A DNA stretch of 64,000 nt from Eubacterium sp. (lineage in GTDB: Bacteria; Bacillota; Clostridia; Oscillospirales; Acutalibacteraceae), in the NCBI GenBank assembly GCA_017458975.1, contig JAFSZK010000057.1, forward strand, positions 11,978-75,977, in the 5' to 3' direction. The position numbers and the translations under genes are program-made. The notes under the pieces are model-generated. The model searched no databases, had not been told where the DNA came from, and saw only the letters and a program-made list of their open reading frames with translations. How positions within the stretch are numbered: position 1 is the first letter of the stretch; each line of letters begins with the position of its first letter. This document shows positions 1 through 9,648 of the stretch, in pieces.

Positions 1-750
1 AACCTCAATTTGTCTTGCTGATTTAGAGATATGCTCCTTCTTGCTGAAATATGAGCCGTAGGTAATCATAATGCCCATTGCAAGCGACATTGAGTAGAAT
101 AACTGACCGAGCGCAGCAAGGAAGGTTTTAACATTTAAATCCTTAATATTAGGCATTAAGTAATACTTTACGCCGGCTCCCGCGCCGGGTCTTGTTACAA
201 CGTAAATCGAAAGCGCAACGGTTAAAACAAGAAGCGCGGGCATAAGAACGCGGGACAGCTTTTCAATACCCTTGTTAACGCCGAAAATAATAACAAGCGC
301 CGTTGCAATAATAAAGATTAAAAACCATATGAGCGGTTCGCCCGTTTTTCCGATAAAGCTTCCGAAATAGTCATCGCTCGCCGCCTGCTTTACCGTACCG
401 GAAATCATAACGCCGGCATATTTTGTTACCCAGCCGCCGATTAAACAGTAATACGGGAAAATCAAAACGGGTACGATTGTTGCAAGCTTTCCGAGCCAGC
501 TCCACTTTTTATTAAGAGAGCCGAAAGCTTCCATAGGGCTGAGCTGCGTTTTACGTCCGATTGCAATTTCGGTTACCATCAATACAAAACCGAAGGTAAT
601 TGCAAGAACTATGTATACAAGAAGGAACGCGCCTCCTCCGTATTTTGCAGCTAAATACGGAAATCGCCAGAGATTTCCGAGACCTACAGCCGAGCCCGCC
701 GCTGCAAGAACGAAGCCAAGCTTTCCTGAAAATGTACTTCTTTGTTCCAT
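1..750 (-). CDS. Sodium-dependent transporter, NSS/SNF family (partial, runs off the window's left edge)
   Basis: Missing from the ORF track; translated by hand from the ATG at 750: MEQRSTFSGKLGFVLAAAGSAVGLGNLWRFPYLAAKYGGGAFLLVY. GSAVGLGNLWRFPY is the NSS signature, and LGQLFYSMSLAMGIMITYGSY occurs near position 100. AAGGA RBS upstream. Confidence 0.93.
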   Translation of the reverse strand, partial: MEQRSTFSGKLGFVLAAAGSAVGLGNLWRFPYLAAKYGGGAFLLVYIVLAITFGFVLMVTEIAIGRKTQLSPMEAFGSLNKKWSWLGKLATIVPVLIFPYYCLIGGWVTKYAGVMISGTVKQAASDDYFGSFIGKTGEPLIWFLIFIIATALVIIFGVNKGIEKLSRVLMPALLVLTVALSIYVVTRPGAGAGVKYYLMPNIKDLNVKTFLAALGQLFYSMSLAMGIMITYGSYFSKKEHISKSARQIEV

Positions 751-844
751 GGATTATATTCCTTTTTCTTATAATATCAAAATGTATTATAGTAAATAGA
801 ATTTTAAAAGTAAAGTGTTAAGTATTTTATTTATACTTTATTAA

Positions 845-2215
845 TTATTTGTCAAGTATTACGGTAAGAAGGGAATCGGGCTTTGAAAGTATCTCGCTCT
901 TGAAATCGCCCGAATAAATCTCATTAAGCTTTTCGTCCTTATCTGATTCAATAATTACCGCTTTTGAATAATCCGCGTCAAGAGTAACCGAACGTTCTTC
1001 TCCCTCGTTTACAATTACAACAACGGTCCTGCCGTCGCCTGTTTCAAACGCGAAAATATTAAAATCGTTTTCCTTTTCGCTTACATAATAATTAATATCA
1101 AGCGCAACCGAGCCCTTGGGAATATACCTTGAAAAATGGGCGTATCCGTAATATCTTGCGTTTCTGCTCCATTTTGTAAAATCGTCGTTTGCGCTGAACA
1201 TAGCGTCGGAATAATCCTCGCCGTCCTTCATTGCATACTGATTTACCGCAACCCAGCTCGTCCAGCTTCTGCAGCCCGCGTAAATTAAATCCTGACCGAT
1301 AATTCTTGCGGTAATGAGCGCACCCTTAAAATTCCTTGTATGGCTCTTGTTGGGAAGCTCGCACCATTCACTCTGGTCAAAACGAATTTCAGGGTATTTA
1401 TCAACAAACTCTCGCTTGAATTCATACCTCGTTTCGGGAGAGTGGTCGGCGTGGTAGGAGTGAACGGCAAAAACGCCCAGCACACTCATTATTTCCTTAT
1501 CGTTATATAGCTTTTCAAAATAAACCTTTGTATCCTTCAGATATTCCCCGCTTTCGGGACCGTAGAGCTTAATCGGCATTTTACGGCGTATGATTTCCTT
1601 TGCGAAAAGGCTGTAAATCTCATAAAGCTCCTCGACTTCATAATGGCAGCCCTCCTGCCATACATTGGGTCCGCCCCATTTCCATTGGGGCTCGTTAATA
1701 GGGCTGAGATAGTCGACCGGCAAACCCTCGTCAAGAAAATGCTGAGTTACGTCCAGGGCGTAATCAACAAATTTTTTATAGTTCATTTTAGGAAGATTGC
1801 AGGTATGGTAAATAAGTCCGCCCGACGCCTGACCCGTTGAGGTAAAGGAGTAATGGGGCGAATTGCAAAAGAGAATAAGCGTATCAACATTTCCCGTTTC
1901 AAGCGCTTTTTTCATAACCTCGACGGCGGTTTTATCCCTTGTAAAATCCCAGCTCCTGAGCTCTCTTTCTAGCTCAAAGGTCATAAAGCTGTCACACCGT
2001 CTCCACGGATTTGAAACGCGGCAATTGTTTTCGTCAAAGCCCGCGCCTATATTGTAACGGTAAATATTAAGGTCAAGCCCCTCCTCAGTATAAAGAAGGC
2101 GGATTAGCTCGTCCTGAGTTTTTTCATTTGTACATGCCTGAGCCCACCAGCAAGCCGAGGTTCCCCAGCCCTCCAGGGTCTGCATTTTCTTTGCGTTTTT
2201 TAAATTAATTTTCAT
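845..2215 (-). CDS. Glycoside hydrolase family 30 (GH30_4/5-like, possible endo-beta-1,6-galactanase), no signal peptide
   Basis: Motifs GWGTSACWWA, YRYNIGAG, INEP (acid/base Glu), SEWC (nucleophile Glu) and a C-terminal beta-sandwich. ATG at 2215 fits RBS spacing better than the TTG at 2221. Confidence 0.82.
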   Translation of the reverse strand: MKINLKNAKKMQTLEGWGTSACWWAQACTNEKTQDELIRLLYTEEGLDLNIYRYNIGAGFDENNCRVSNPWRRCDSFMTFELERELRSWDFTRDKTAVEVMKKALETGNVDTLILFCNSPHYSFTSTGQASGGLIYHTCNLPKMNYKKFVDYALDVTQHFLDEGLPVDYLSPINEPQWKWGGPNVWQEGCHYEVEELYEIYSLFAKEIIRRKMPIKLYGPESGEYLKDTKVYFEKLYNDKEIMSVLGVFAVHSYHADHSPETRYEFKREFVDKYPEIRFDQSEWCELPNKSHTRNFKGALITARIIGQDLIYAGCRSWTSWVAVNQYAMKDGEDYSDAMFSANDDFTKWSRNARYYGYAHFSRYIPKGSVALDINYYVSEKENDFNIFAFETGDGRTVVVIVNEGEERSVTLDADYSKAVIIESDKDEKLNEIYSGDFKSEILSKPDSLLTVILDK

Positions 2216-2290
2216 AAGCAAAATTCCTTTACAAATCTATATTTTTATAATACAATTAATACATATTGATGTCAATAATCAGGAGCTATT

Positions 2291-3121
2291 ATGGAAATAA
2301 ACGGAAATATCCGTCTTGCGGGAATTGACCTTGACGGAACGCTTTTAAACGACGACAAGCTTCTTTGCGAAGGCGCTGCGGATACAATTAAAAAAGCGTA
2401 TGAAAACGGAATACATATTGTACCCATTACCGGCAGACCCCTGCTCGGTATTCCTAAGTGCGTCACCGAGCTTGACGAGGTTGAATATATTATTTCTTCA
2501 AACGGCGCTCAGATTAACGATATGAAAAATAAAAAAGCTCTTTATACCTGTACGATTTCTCACGGGCGCTCGCTTGAAATAATGCGGCTTTTAAGAGAGC
2601 TTGACCTCGTTTTTGAACCGTTTACCGAGGGCTTCGGCTTTACGGAAAAACATATTTATAATAAGTATTTACACCAATATATCGGAACGGTGCTCGAGGA
2701 ATATATCCGCTCGTCAAGGCGTATTGTAAAACGTATTGAGGACTTATACGAGGGTAACGACCGTGTTACGGACGAATACTTTGTTCACGCCGGCGACGTT
2801 GAAAAAAGAAAAAAGCTCTTAAAAGAGCTTGATAAGGCGGAGGATTTACAGTACTGCGTTTTAAACGACACCTTCGTTGAAATTACCGCAAAGGGCTGCG
2901 ACAAGGGCGAATCGCTCGAAAAGCTGTGCAAACATCTCGGCGTGGATATAAAAGACACAATCGCTTTCGGCGACGGTGAAAACGACCTGTTGTTTCTTGA
3001 AAAGGCGGGAGTCGCCGTTGCTATGGAAAACGCCCATCCCGCAGTAAAGGAAAAAGCCGATATTATTGCAAAAAGCAATAATGATAACGGAGTTTGCGAG
3101 ATTCTGGAAAAGTTAATATAA
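2291..3121 (+). CDS. Cof-type HAD-IIB family hydrolase
   Basis: DLDGTLL, ITGR, KG..K and AFGDGENDL motifs; AGGAG RBS. Confidence 0.95.
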   Translation: MEINGNIRLAGIDLDGTLLNDDKLLCEGAADTIKKAYENGIHIVPITGRPLLGIPKCVTELDEVEYIISSNGAQINDMKNKKALYTCTISHGRSLEIMRLLRELDLVFEPFTEGFGFTEKHIYNKYLHQYIGTVLEEYIRSSRRIVKRIEDLYEGNDRVTDEYFVHAGDVEKRKKLLKELDKAEDLQYCVLNDTFVEITAKGCDKGESLEKLCKHLGVDIKDTIAFGDGENDLLFLEKAGVAVAMENAHPAVKEKADIIAKSNNDNGVCEILEKLI

Positions 3122-3123
3122 TT

Positions 3124-3152
3124 AAAGGACGTCGGCGACGTCCTTATTTTTC
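3124..3152. terminator. Bidirectional intrinsic terminator between convergent genes
   Basis: aaggacgtc-ggc-gacgtcctt hairpin flanked by A and T runs. Confidence 0.7.
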
Positions 3153-3845
3153 TTCTGTTAATTTGTATGGCTTCATAGGCTGTTTCTTGCGGTAGATAAT
3201 CATTATAATCATACCGATTATACCGCCGATTGCGTTCATCATCATATCGGTCATAGAATCAACCAAGCCGAGATAACCGTATTCATTTCTGTATTTTGAA
3301 AGGTCGAACATAGCGGTTTCGGCACCCTCCTTTGCAAGCTGGAGATTTGTTCCGTGCAGAGTATCCATTAAAAACTCGTAAAACTCCCAGCCGACTGCAA
3401 TTGTAAGGGCGAACATAAGCCCGAACATTGCCGCAAGGGTTATTGCGCATTTACCCTTTTTTCTTTGTACAATACACGCAAAATCATATCCGAAAACCGC
3501 TGAGACGATTCCCGCCGTACAATGCATAATCTCATCAAAAAACGAGCATTTGTCAAAAAGCTCAAAATAAGAACCGATTACAATTCCGACAAAAATTATT
3601 GCGTTAAGAGCGGTTTGAGAAATCGGGGGCACCTCCTCAATAAAAGAGCCGTTTCCGAGAATCTGAAACAAATCCCATAGGTGGGTGAAAATAAAGCAAA
3701 ACACGCTTTCAAAGCCCATTACAAGGTCACCGTGCACAAAGGAGTAGGTTGCGCATATAATCATTGCAATTCTTACTATTATCCAGAATATAAGCTGACC
3801 CTTCGGAATATCCTTAACAGGGTCTTTCTTAATTTTATAAGCCAT
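3144..3845 (-). CDS. Integral membrane protein, DUF2238/YjdF-like
   Basis: Multiple TM helices with the D-x-x-x-H, W-E-x-x-E-F and D-S/T-M-x-D-M-x-x-N pattern typical of this family. Confidence 0.6.
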   Translation of the reverse strand: MAYKIKKDPVKDIPKGQLIFWIIVRIAMIICATYSFVHGDLVMGFESVFCFIFTHLWDLFQILGNGSFIEEVPPISQTALNAIIFVGIVIGSYFELFDKCSFFDEIMHCTAGIVSAVFGYDFACIVQRKKGKCAITLAAMFGLMFALTIAVGWEFYEFLMDTLHGTNLQLAKEGAETAMFDLSKYRNEYGYLGLVDSMTDMMMNAIGGIIGMIIMIIYRKKQPMKPYKLTEEK

Positions 3846-4031
3846 ATTTAACTCCGTTTAAACTTGATACCATATATATTATCATAAATCGCCGATAAAT
3901 CAATACGCAATTTTCACAAATATAAAATAAAAATAAACAATTATAAAAACACTTGTAATTCAACTTTTAAGTAGTTATCATATTAGCAACAAAAACAAAT
4001 GGACAACTGTTTATAAGCGGAGGAAGAAATA

Positions 4032-5807
4032 ATGATAAACAAACCCAACGCACCTTGGCTCAAATTTTTTGACGGTATTCCGGAAACTCTCGAATATCCC
4101 CAGGGCTCTATGTATGAAGCTTTGAAATTTGCGCTTGATACTCATATTCACGGTAATTGCTACAAAAACGACGCCTATACGTTTCAGGGTAAGGGTACTT
4201 CCTACCCCGAATTTTTCAAAAGAATTGACCGCGTAGCTAAAGCGTTTAAGTCAATCGGAATTGAAGAGGGCGATAAGGTAACTATCTGTATGCCCAACGC
4301 ACCCCAGGCAATCGACGCGTTTTATGCGCTTAACAGAATCAGCGCTGTTCCCGCAATGATTCATCCCCTTTCCGCTCCCGGCGAAATCAATTTTTATGTA
4401 ACAAACTCAAAGAGCAAGGCTGTACTTGTTCTTGATATGTTCTACGAAAAGGTACTTGAAGCCCTTGAGGGCGTTGATTATCCCGTTAAGGTTATTGTTG
4501 CAAGAATTAAAGACGAGCTTCCTTTCCCGCTTAATATGCTCTATCCGCTTACCGTTAAGGATAAGCCCGCTCCGCTTCCTAAGGATAACGAAAACGTGAT
4601 TTCCTGGAACAGCTTTATCTCAGCGGGCAGGAAAATCAAGTCCCTTCCGGAAAAGCTCCCCGAAAAGGACGATACGGCGGTTATCCTTTTCTCGGGCGGT
4701 ACAACGGGTACCTCAAAGGGAATTGAGCTTACAAATATGAATATGAACGCGCTCGCTTATCAGGTTGCCGCAAGCGCAGGCTTCTCGATGAAGGGACTCA
4801 GGATGTTCTCCGTTATGCCTCTTTTCCACGGCTTCGGTCTCGGAGTCGGTATTCACACGGCGCTCGCCGCGGGAGGAACGTGTATTCTTATTCCTCAGTT
4901 CACAATTAAGACCTATGCAAGAGACGTTAAAAAATACAAGCCCGCGGTTATCGTAGGCGTTCCTACTCTCTTTGAAGCGCTCCTCAGAAGCGACGGCTTT
5001 GACGGGGTCGATTTATCCTTCCTTCGCGGAGTGTTCTGTGGCGGAGATTCGCTTTCGGTTGAGCTTAAAAAGAAGGTTGACACCTTCCTTACCGAGCACA
5101 ATTCAAAGGTACAGATAAGAGAGGGTTACGGTACTACCGAGTGCGTAACGGCTTCATGCCTTACTCCGTATAACTTCTTCAGAGAAGGCAGTATAGGTAT
5201 TCCTTTCCCCGATACATATTACCAGATTGTTGACCCGAAAAACGATACCGAGGTTCCGTACGGTACGGAGGGCGAAATCTGTATTTACGGTCCGTCGGTT
5301 ATGAAGGGTTATCTTGATAACGCCGCTGAGACCGCTGCAACCCTCAGGACTCACAAGGACGGTCTTAAGTGGCTGCACACGGGCGACCTCGGTATGATGG
5401 ACGAGGACGGCTTTATCTACTATAAACAGAGGATGAAAAGACTCATAATCGTTTCGGGCTTTAACGTATATCCCTCCCAGGTTGAAAATACAATCGACGC
5501 TCATCCCGATGTACTTCTTTCCTGTGCAATCGGTATTCCCGACCCGTACAAAATCCATAAGGTTAAAGCTTTTGTCGTACTTCGTCCGGGCGTTGAGCCG
5601 AGCGATAAAATTAAAGAGGAAATTCTCGAGCACTGCCGAAAGAATATTTCAAAACACGCAATGCCCCGAGAGATTGAATTCAGAACCGAGCTTCCCAAAA
5701 CTCTTGTAGGCAAGGTTGCATACAGGGTTCTCGAAGAAGAGGAGGAAGCTAAGGCAAAAGCAAAGGAAGAGGCTGAAAAAGCCAAAGAGACAAAGGACGC
5801 TGAATAG
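4032..5807 (+). CDS. Long-chain fatty acid-CoA ligase (AMP-binding)
   Basis: LFSGGTTGTSKG P-loop, EGYGTTE, WLHTGD and LPKTLVGK motifs; GGAGG RBS. Confidence 0.92.
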   Translation: MINKPNAPWLKFFDGIPETLEYPQGSMYEALKFALDTHIHGNCYKNDAYTFQGKGTSYPEFFKRIDRVAKAFKSIGIEEGDKVTICMPNAPQAIDAFYALNRISAVPAMIHPLSAPGEINFYVTNSKSKAVLVLDMFYEKVLEALEGVDYPVKVIVARIKDELPFPLNMLYPLTVKDKPAPLPKDNENVISWNSFISAGRKIKSLPEKLPEKDDTAVILFSGGTTGTSKGIELTNMNMNALAYQVAASAGFSMKGLRMFSVMPLFHGFGLGVGIHTALAAGGTCILIPQFTIKTYARDVKKYKPAVIVGVPTLFEALLRSDGFDGVDLSFLRGVFCGGDSLSVELKKKVDTFLTEHNSKVQIREGYGTTECVTASCLTPYNFFREGSIGIPFPDTYYQIVDPKNDTEVPYGTEGEICIYGPSVMKGYLDNAAETAATLRTHKDGLKWLHTGDLGMMDEDGFIYYKQRMKRLIIVSGFNVYPSQVENTIDAHPDVLLSCAIGIPDPYKIHKVKAFVVLRPGVEPSDKIKEEILEHCRKNISKHAMPREIEFRTELPKTLVGKVAYRVLEEEEEAKAKAKEEAEKAKETKDAE

Positions 5808-5817
5808 CGTCCTTTTT
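5792..5817 (+). terminator. Intrinsic terminator after the acyl-CoA ligase
   Basis: aaaggacgc-tgaata-gcgtccttt stem followed by a T run, overlapping the stop codon. Confidence 0.75.
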
Positions 5818-5877
5818 AAATTGACAAAAGCAGTTATAAGTAATATAATAATTTAAATATGATTTACGGGTGATGAG

Positions 5878-6744
5878 ATGAAAATTTCGGATATTCTTAA
5901 GGATAATAAGGTAACCGTTTCCTTTGAGGTTTTTCCGCCAAAGCAATGGGACAGGATTGAAAACACAAAGGCGGTAGTTCGCGAGATGAGCAAGGCAAAT
6001 CCCGCTTTTATGAGCGTTACCTACGGCGCGGCAGGTACGGCTTCGGGCTTTACCCAGGAGATTGCAAACGAGATAAAAAAGGATAATATCACCCCCCTCT
6101 CCCACCTTACCTGTTTAACCTCAACCAAGGATAAAATTCACGAGGTAGTAAGCGAGCTTAAGGAAAACGGAATTGAAAACATATTAGCGCTTCGCGGCGA
6201 TATTCCCGAGGGCTTTGTTTTCCCCGATAAACAGTATTACAAGTACGCCTATCAGTTAATAAACGATATTAAGGAAATGGGCGACTTTTGCATCGGTGCG
6301 GCGTGCTATCCCGAAATCCACCCCGAAAGCAAAAACCGCGTTGAGGATATTGAACACCTTAAATTAAAGGTGGATTGCGGCGCTCAGTTTCTCACCTCAC
6401 AGATGTTCTTCGATAATGAAATATTCCTTAACTTTGTCGAAATGTGCCGGATTAAAGGGATTGAGGTCCCTATTGTTGCGGGAATTATGCCCGTTACAAA
6501 CGTAAGAGTTATTAAAAGAAGCCTTGAGCTTTCAAACTGCTCTCTTCCGAAGAAGTTCTCCAAGATTATGGAACGCTTCGGAGAGGACGATAAATCAATG
6601 CTTCAGGCGGGTATTATCTACGCCACCGAACAGATTATCGACCTTATGGCAAACGGAATTAACAATATTCATATTTACACTATGAACAAGCCCGAGGTTG
6701 CAAGCGAAATAATGAGGGGCTTATCGGATATTATAAATGAATAA
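5878..6744 (+). CDS. metF: Methylenetetrahydrofolate reductase
   Basis: SFEVFPPK, SVTYGA, HLTC, ILALRGD, ACYPE.H, TQMFFD and HIYTMNK motifs; TTGACA promoter at 5821. Confidence 0.96.
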   Translation: MKISDILKDNKVTVSFEVFPPKQWDRIENTKAVVREMSKANPAFMSVTYGAAGTASGFTQEIANEIKKDNITPLSHLTCLTSTKDKIHEVVSELKENGIENILALRGDIPEGFVFPDKQYYKYAYQLINDIKEMGDFCIGAACYPEIHPESKNRVEDIEHLKLKVDCGAQFLTSQMFFDNEIFLNFVEMCRIKGIEVPIVAGIMPVTNVRVIKRSLELSNCSLPKKFSKIMERFGEDDKSMLQAGIIYATEQIIDLMANGINNIHIYTMNKPEVASEIMRGLSDIINE

Positions 6745-7297
6745 AAAAGACATACTCCTTTATTTAAGGACTAATTCAAAAACCGAAAACGAACAGATAT
6801 TAAAGCTTGTTGACGAGGCTGCCGTTACGGTTGAAAGAGCCGCAAAGCCTAAAACCCTTTACCGTATTTTTGACTGCACGGTAACGGACGGCGCCCTTAT
6901 TGTTGACGGCGTTGAGTTTAAAAGCCGCCGACTTGCCGAAAACCTTAGGGGCTGTAAAAGGGTTGTAATTTTCGGCGCAACCCTCGGCGTTGAAATCGAC
7001 AGGCTTATCAAGTCCGCTTCCTCGTCGGATATTGCAAAGGCAATGGCGTATCAGGCGGCGGGCGCAACGCTTATTGAAGAGGTCTGCGACGCCCTTGAAG
7101 AGGAGATAAAAAAGGAATACGGCGTATCTTTAAGACAAAGATATTCGCCCGGCTATTTTGACCTTGATATTACCGAACAGAAAAAGCTGTTCTCGTTAAT
7201 AGAAATAACAAAAAGAATCGGCTTAACGCTTACGGATTCCTGCGAAATGGTACCTACCAAAAGCGTTACCGCCTTTATCGGAATTGAGGAAAAGTAA
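6737..7297 (+). CDS. Stand-alone B12-dependent methionine synthase activation domain
   Basis: FGATLG, RYSPGY.D, IGLTLTDS..M.P.KSVTA motifs; overlaps metF and the metH core. Confidence 0.88.
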   Translation: MNKKDILLYLRTNSKTENEQILKLVDEAAVTVERAAKPKTLYRIFDCTVTDGALIVDGVEFKSRRLAENLRGCKRVVIFGATLGVEIDRLIKSASSSDIAKAMAYQAAGATLIEEVCDALEEEIKKEYGVSLRQRYSPGYFDLDITEQKKLFSLIEITKRIGLTLTDSCEMVPTKSVTAFIGIEEK

Positions 7298-9591
7298 TGA
7301 TTAAATTTTTTGACGGCGCAATGGGCACAATGCTTAACCTTAAAGCAGGCGAGCTTCCCGAACAGCTTAATATAACCGACCCCGAAAGGGTTTTTAAGGT
7401 TCATAAGGCTTATGCCGACGCAGGATGCGATATTATTACCTCTAACACCTTCGGCGCAAACCGTCTTAAATATGATAACTGCGCCGAAATAGTAAAGGCC
7501 GGCGTTGCTCTTGCCAGGAAAACGGGTAAATTGGCTGCGCTTGATATGGGCCCCACGGGTAAGCTTTTAAAGCCGCTCGGCGACCTTTCCTTTGAGGATT
7601 GCTATGAGCTTTATAAAGAGGTTGTTAACGCGGGTAAGGACGGGGCTGATTTAATCCTTATTGAAACAATGGGAGATACCTATGAAATCAAAGCCGCCGT
7701 GCTTGCCGCAAAGGAAAACAGCACCCTTCCCGTCTTTGTTTCAATGATTTTTGACGAAAATTCAAGATTGCTTACCGGAGCCGACGTAAAAACCGCGCTT
7801 GCCATGTGCGAGGGACTCGGCGTTGACGCGGTAGGCTTTAACTGCGGACTCGGACCGAAACAGATGCTGCCCCTTGTCAAGGAGCTTTCACGATATTCCT
7901 CAACCCCGATTACCGTATGTCCCAACGCAGGACTTCCCGAGGTTGTAAACGGCGAGACGGTTTACAATGTTAACCCCGCCGAATTTGCTTCATATATGAA
8001 AGAAATTGCCGAAATCGGCGTATCTTACCTCGGCGGCTGCTGCGGTACAACTCCCGAACACATTAAGGCGCTTATTGAAAGCACTGAGAATATTCCCGAT
8101 TACGTTCCGACGAAAAAGGATTACTCCTTTGTAACAAGCTCAAACGAGTGCGTAAGCCTTGGTAAAAAGAGCGTTGTTATCGGCGAAAGGATTAATCCGA
8201 CGGGTAAAAAGCTCTTAAAGCAGGCGCTTCGCGATAACGATATGGAGTATATCCTGCGCGAAGGCATTACCCAGAAGGACTGCGGAGCGCAGATACTTGA
8301 CGTCAACGTCGGTCTTCCCGAAATTGACGAAACCGAAATGCTTAAAAACGCGGTATACGAGCTTCAGTCGGTGCTGTCCTGCCCGCTTCAAATTGACACG
8401 GCAAGCACAAAAGCTATGGAGGCGGCGCTCAGAATTTATAACGGTAAGCCGCTTATTAACTCGGTAAACGGTAAAAAAGAGTCAATGGAGGCGGTGTTCC
8501 CGCTTTCAAAAAAATACGGCGGAATTGTTGTATGTCTCTGCCTTGACGAAAACGGTATTCCCGAAACCGCCGAGGGCAGAATTGAAATTGCAAAAAAGAT
8601 TATTGAAGGCGCAAAGGCTTACGGTATTGATAAAAAGGATTTAATTATCGACCCGCTTGCAATGACGATAAGTACAAATTCCCGAAACGCTGTTGAAACC
8701 TTAAAGGCGCTTGATTATATTAAAAACACTCTCGGCGTAAATACAATTTTAGGCGTATCCAATATTTCCTTCGGTCTTCCGAACCGTGAGGCAATTAATA
8801 CTGCATTTTATACCGAGGCGCTGCAAAACGGTCTTTCGGCGGGAATTATCAACCCGAAGGCTCAGAATATGATGAACGCCTATTATTCCCACAACGCCCT
8901 TGCGGGACTTGATAAAAACTGCAATGATTATATCTCCTTTGCAACCGTTGTCGATACAACCGTGACTCAAAGCGATATGAGCCTTGACGAAGCAATTTAC
9001 AAGGGTATGAAAGAGGAGAGCTCAAAGAGCGCAAAGCTTCTTCTTGAAAGCAAAAACGCGCTTGATATCATTAACGAATATATTATTCCGGCGCTGGATA
9101 AGGTAGGCGAAGCGTTTGAAAAAAACAAGCTCTTTTTGCCCCAGCTTCTTATGAGCGCGGACAGCGCAAAGGCTGCGTTTGACGAGATTAAAGCGCATAT
9201 TGTTATGAGCGGTAATTCCTCGGTCAAGGGTGAAAAAATCATTATGGCAACCGTTGAGGGCGATATCCACGATATCGGAAAGAATATCGTTAAGGTGCTG
9301 CTTGAAAACTACAGCTTTGACGTTATCGACCTCGGCAAGGACGTAAAATGCGAAAAGGTGCTCGAGGCTGTTCAAAAGCACGACGTTAAGCTTGTCGGTC
9401 TCTCTGCGCTTATGACCACTACGGTTGCAAATATGGAAAAAACAATCCGTCTTATTCACGACAATACCGACGCTAAGGTGTTCGTCGGCGGAGCAGTTCT
9501 TACAAAGGATTACGCTAAAATGATTAACGCCGATTTTTACACGAAGGACGCTATGGAAAGCGTAAGAGTTGCCCAGGAATTCTTTTCTTGA
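7297..9591 (+). CDS. metH: Cobalamin-dependent methionine synthase core (homocysteine-, pterin- and B12-binding domains)
   Basis: DGAMGT, GFNC, GGCCGT Zn motif, IGERINPTG, GDIHDIGKNIV B12 motif, VGLSALMTTT. Confidence 0.95.
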   Translation: MIKFFDGAMGTMLNLKAGELPEQLNITDPERVFKVHKAYADAGCDIITSNTFGANRLKYDNCAEIVKAGVALARKTGKLAALDMGPTGKLLKPLGDLSFEDCYELYKEVVNAGKDGADLILIETMGDTYEIKAAVLAAKENSTLPVFVSMIFDENSRLLTGADVKTALAMCEGLGVDAVGFNCGLGPKQMLPLVKELSRYSSTPITVCPNAGLPEVVNGETVYNVNPAEFASYMKEIAEIGVSYLGGCCGTTPEHIKALIESTENIPDYVPTKKDYSFVTSSNECVSLGKKSVVIGERINPTGKKLLKQALRDNDMEYILREGITQKDCGAQILDVNVGLPEIDETEMLKNAVYELQSVLSCPLQIDTASTKAMEAALRIYNGKPLINSVNGKKESMEAVFPLSKKYGGIVVCLCLDENGIPETAEGRIEIAKKIIEGAKAYGIDKKDLIIDPLAMTISTNSRNAVETLKALDYIKNTLGVNTILGVSNISFGLPNREAINTAFYTEALQNGLSAGIINPKAQNMMNAYYSHNALAGLDKNCNDYISFATVVDTTVTQSDMSLDEAIYKGMKEESSKSAKLLLESKNALDIINEYIIPALDKVGEAFEKNKLFLPQLLMSADSAKAAFDEIKAHIVMSGNSSVKGEKIIMATVEGDIHDIGKNIVKVLLENYSFDVIDLGKDVKCEKVLEAVQKHDVKLVGLSALMTTTVANMEKTIRLIHDNTDAKVFVGGAVLTKDYAKMINADFYTKDAMESVRVAQEFFS

Positions 9592-9648
9592 CAATAAAGA
9601 AATATTAATATAAAATTAATGTATATCTTCTCTCAGGAGGAATTATTT

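Noticed and set aside
600-821. Track ORFs 600-821 (+) and 611-799 (+)
   Set aside because: They are antisense to the 5' end and promoter of the NSS transporter that I translated on the minus strand; no motifs or RBS.
5807-5878. Possible SAM or cobalamin riboswitch or Met T-box before metF
   Set aside because: The gap is only 70 bp and is filled by a terminator and a TTGACA promoter; no aptamer motifs.
6737-9591. Split methionine synthase as a novelty or frameshift
   Set aside because: A separate activation-domain gene placed before the core is a common arrangement in Clostridia, and both ORFs are intact.
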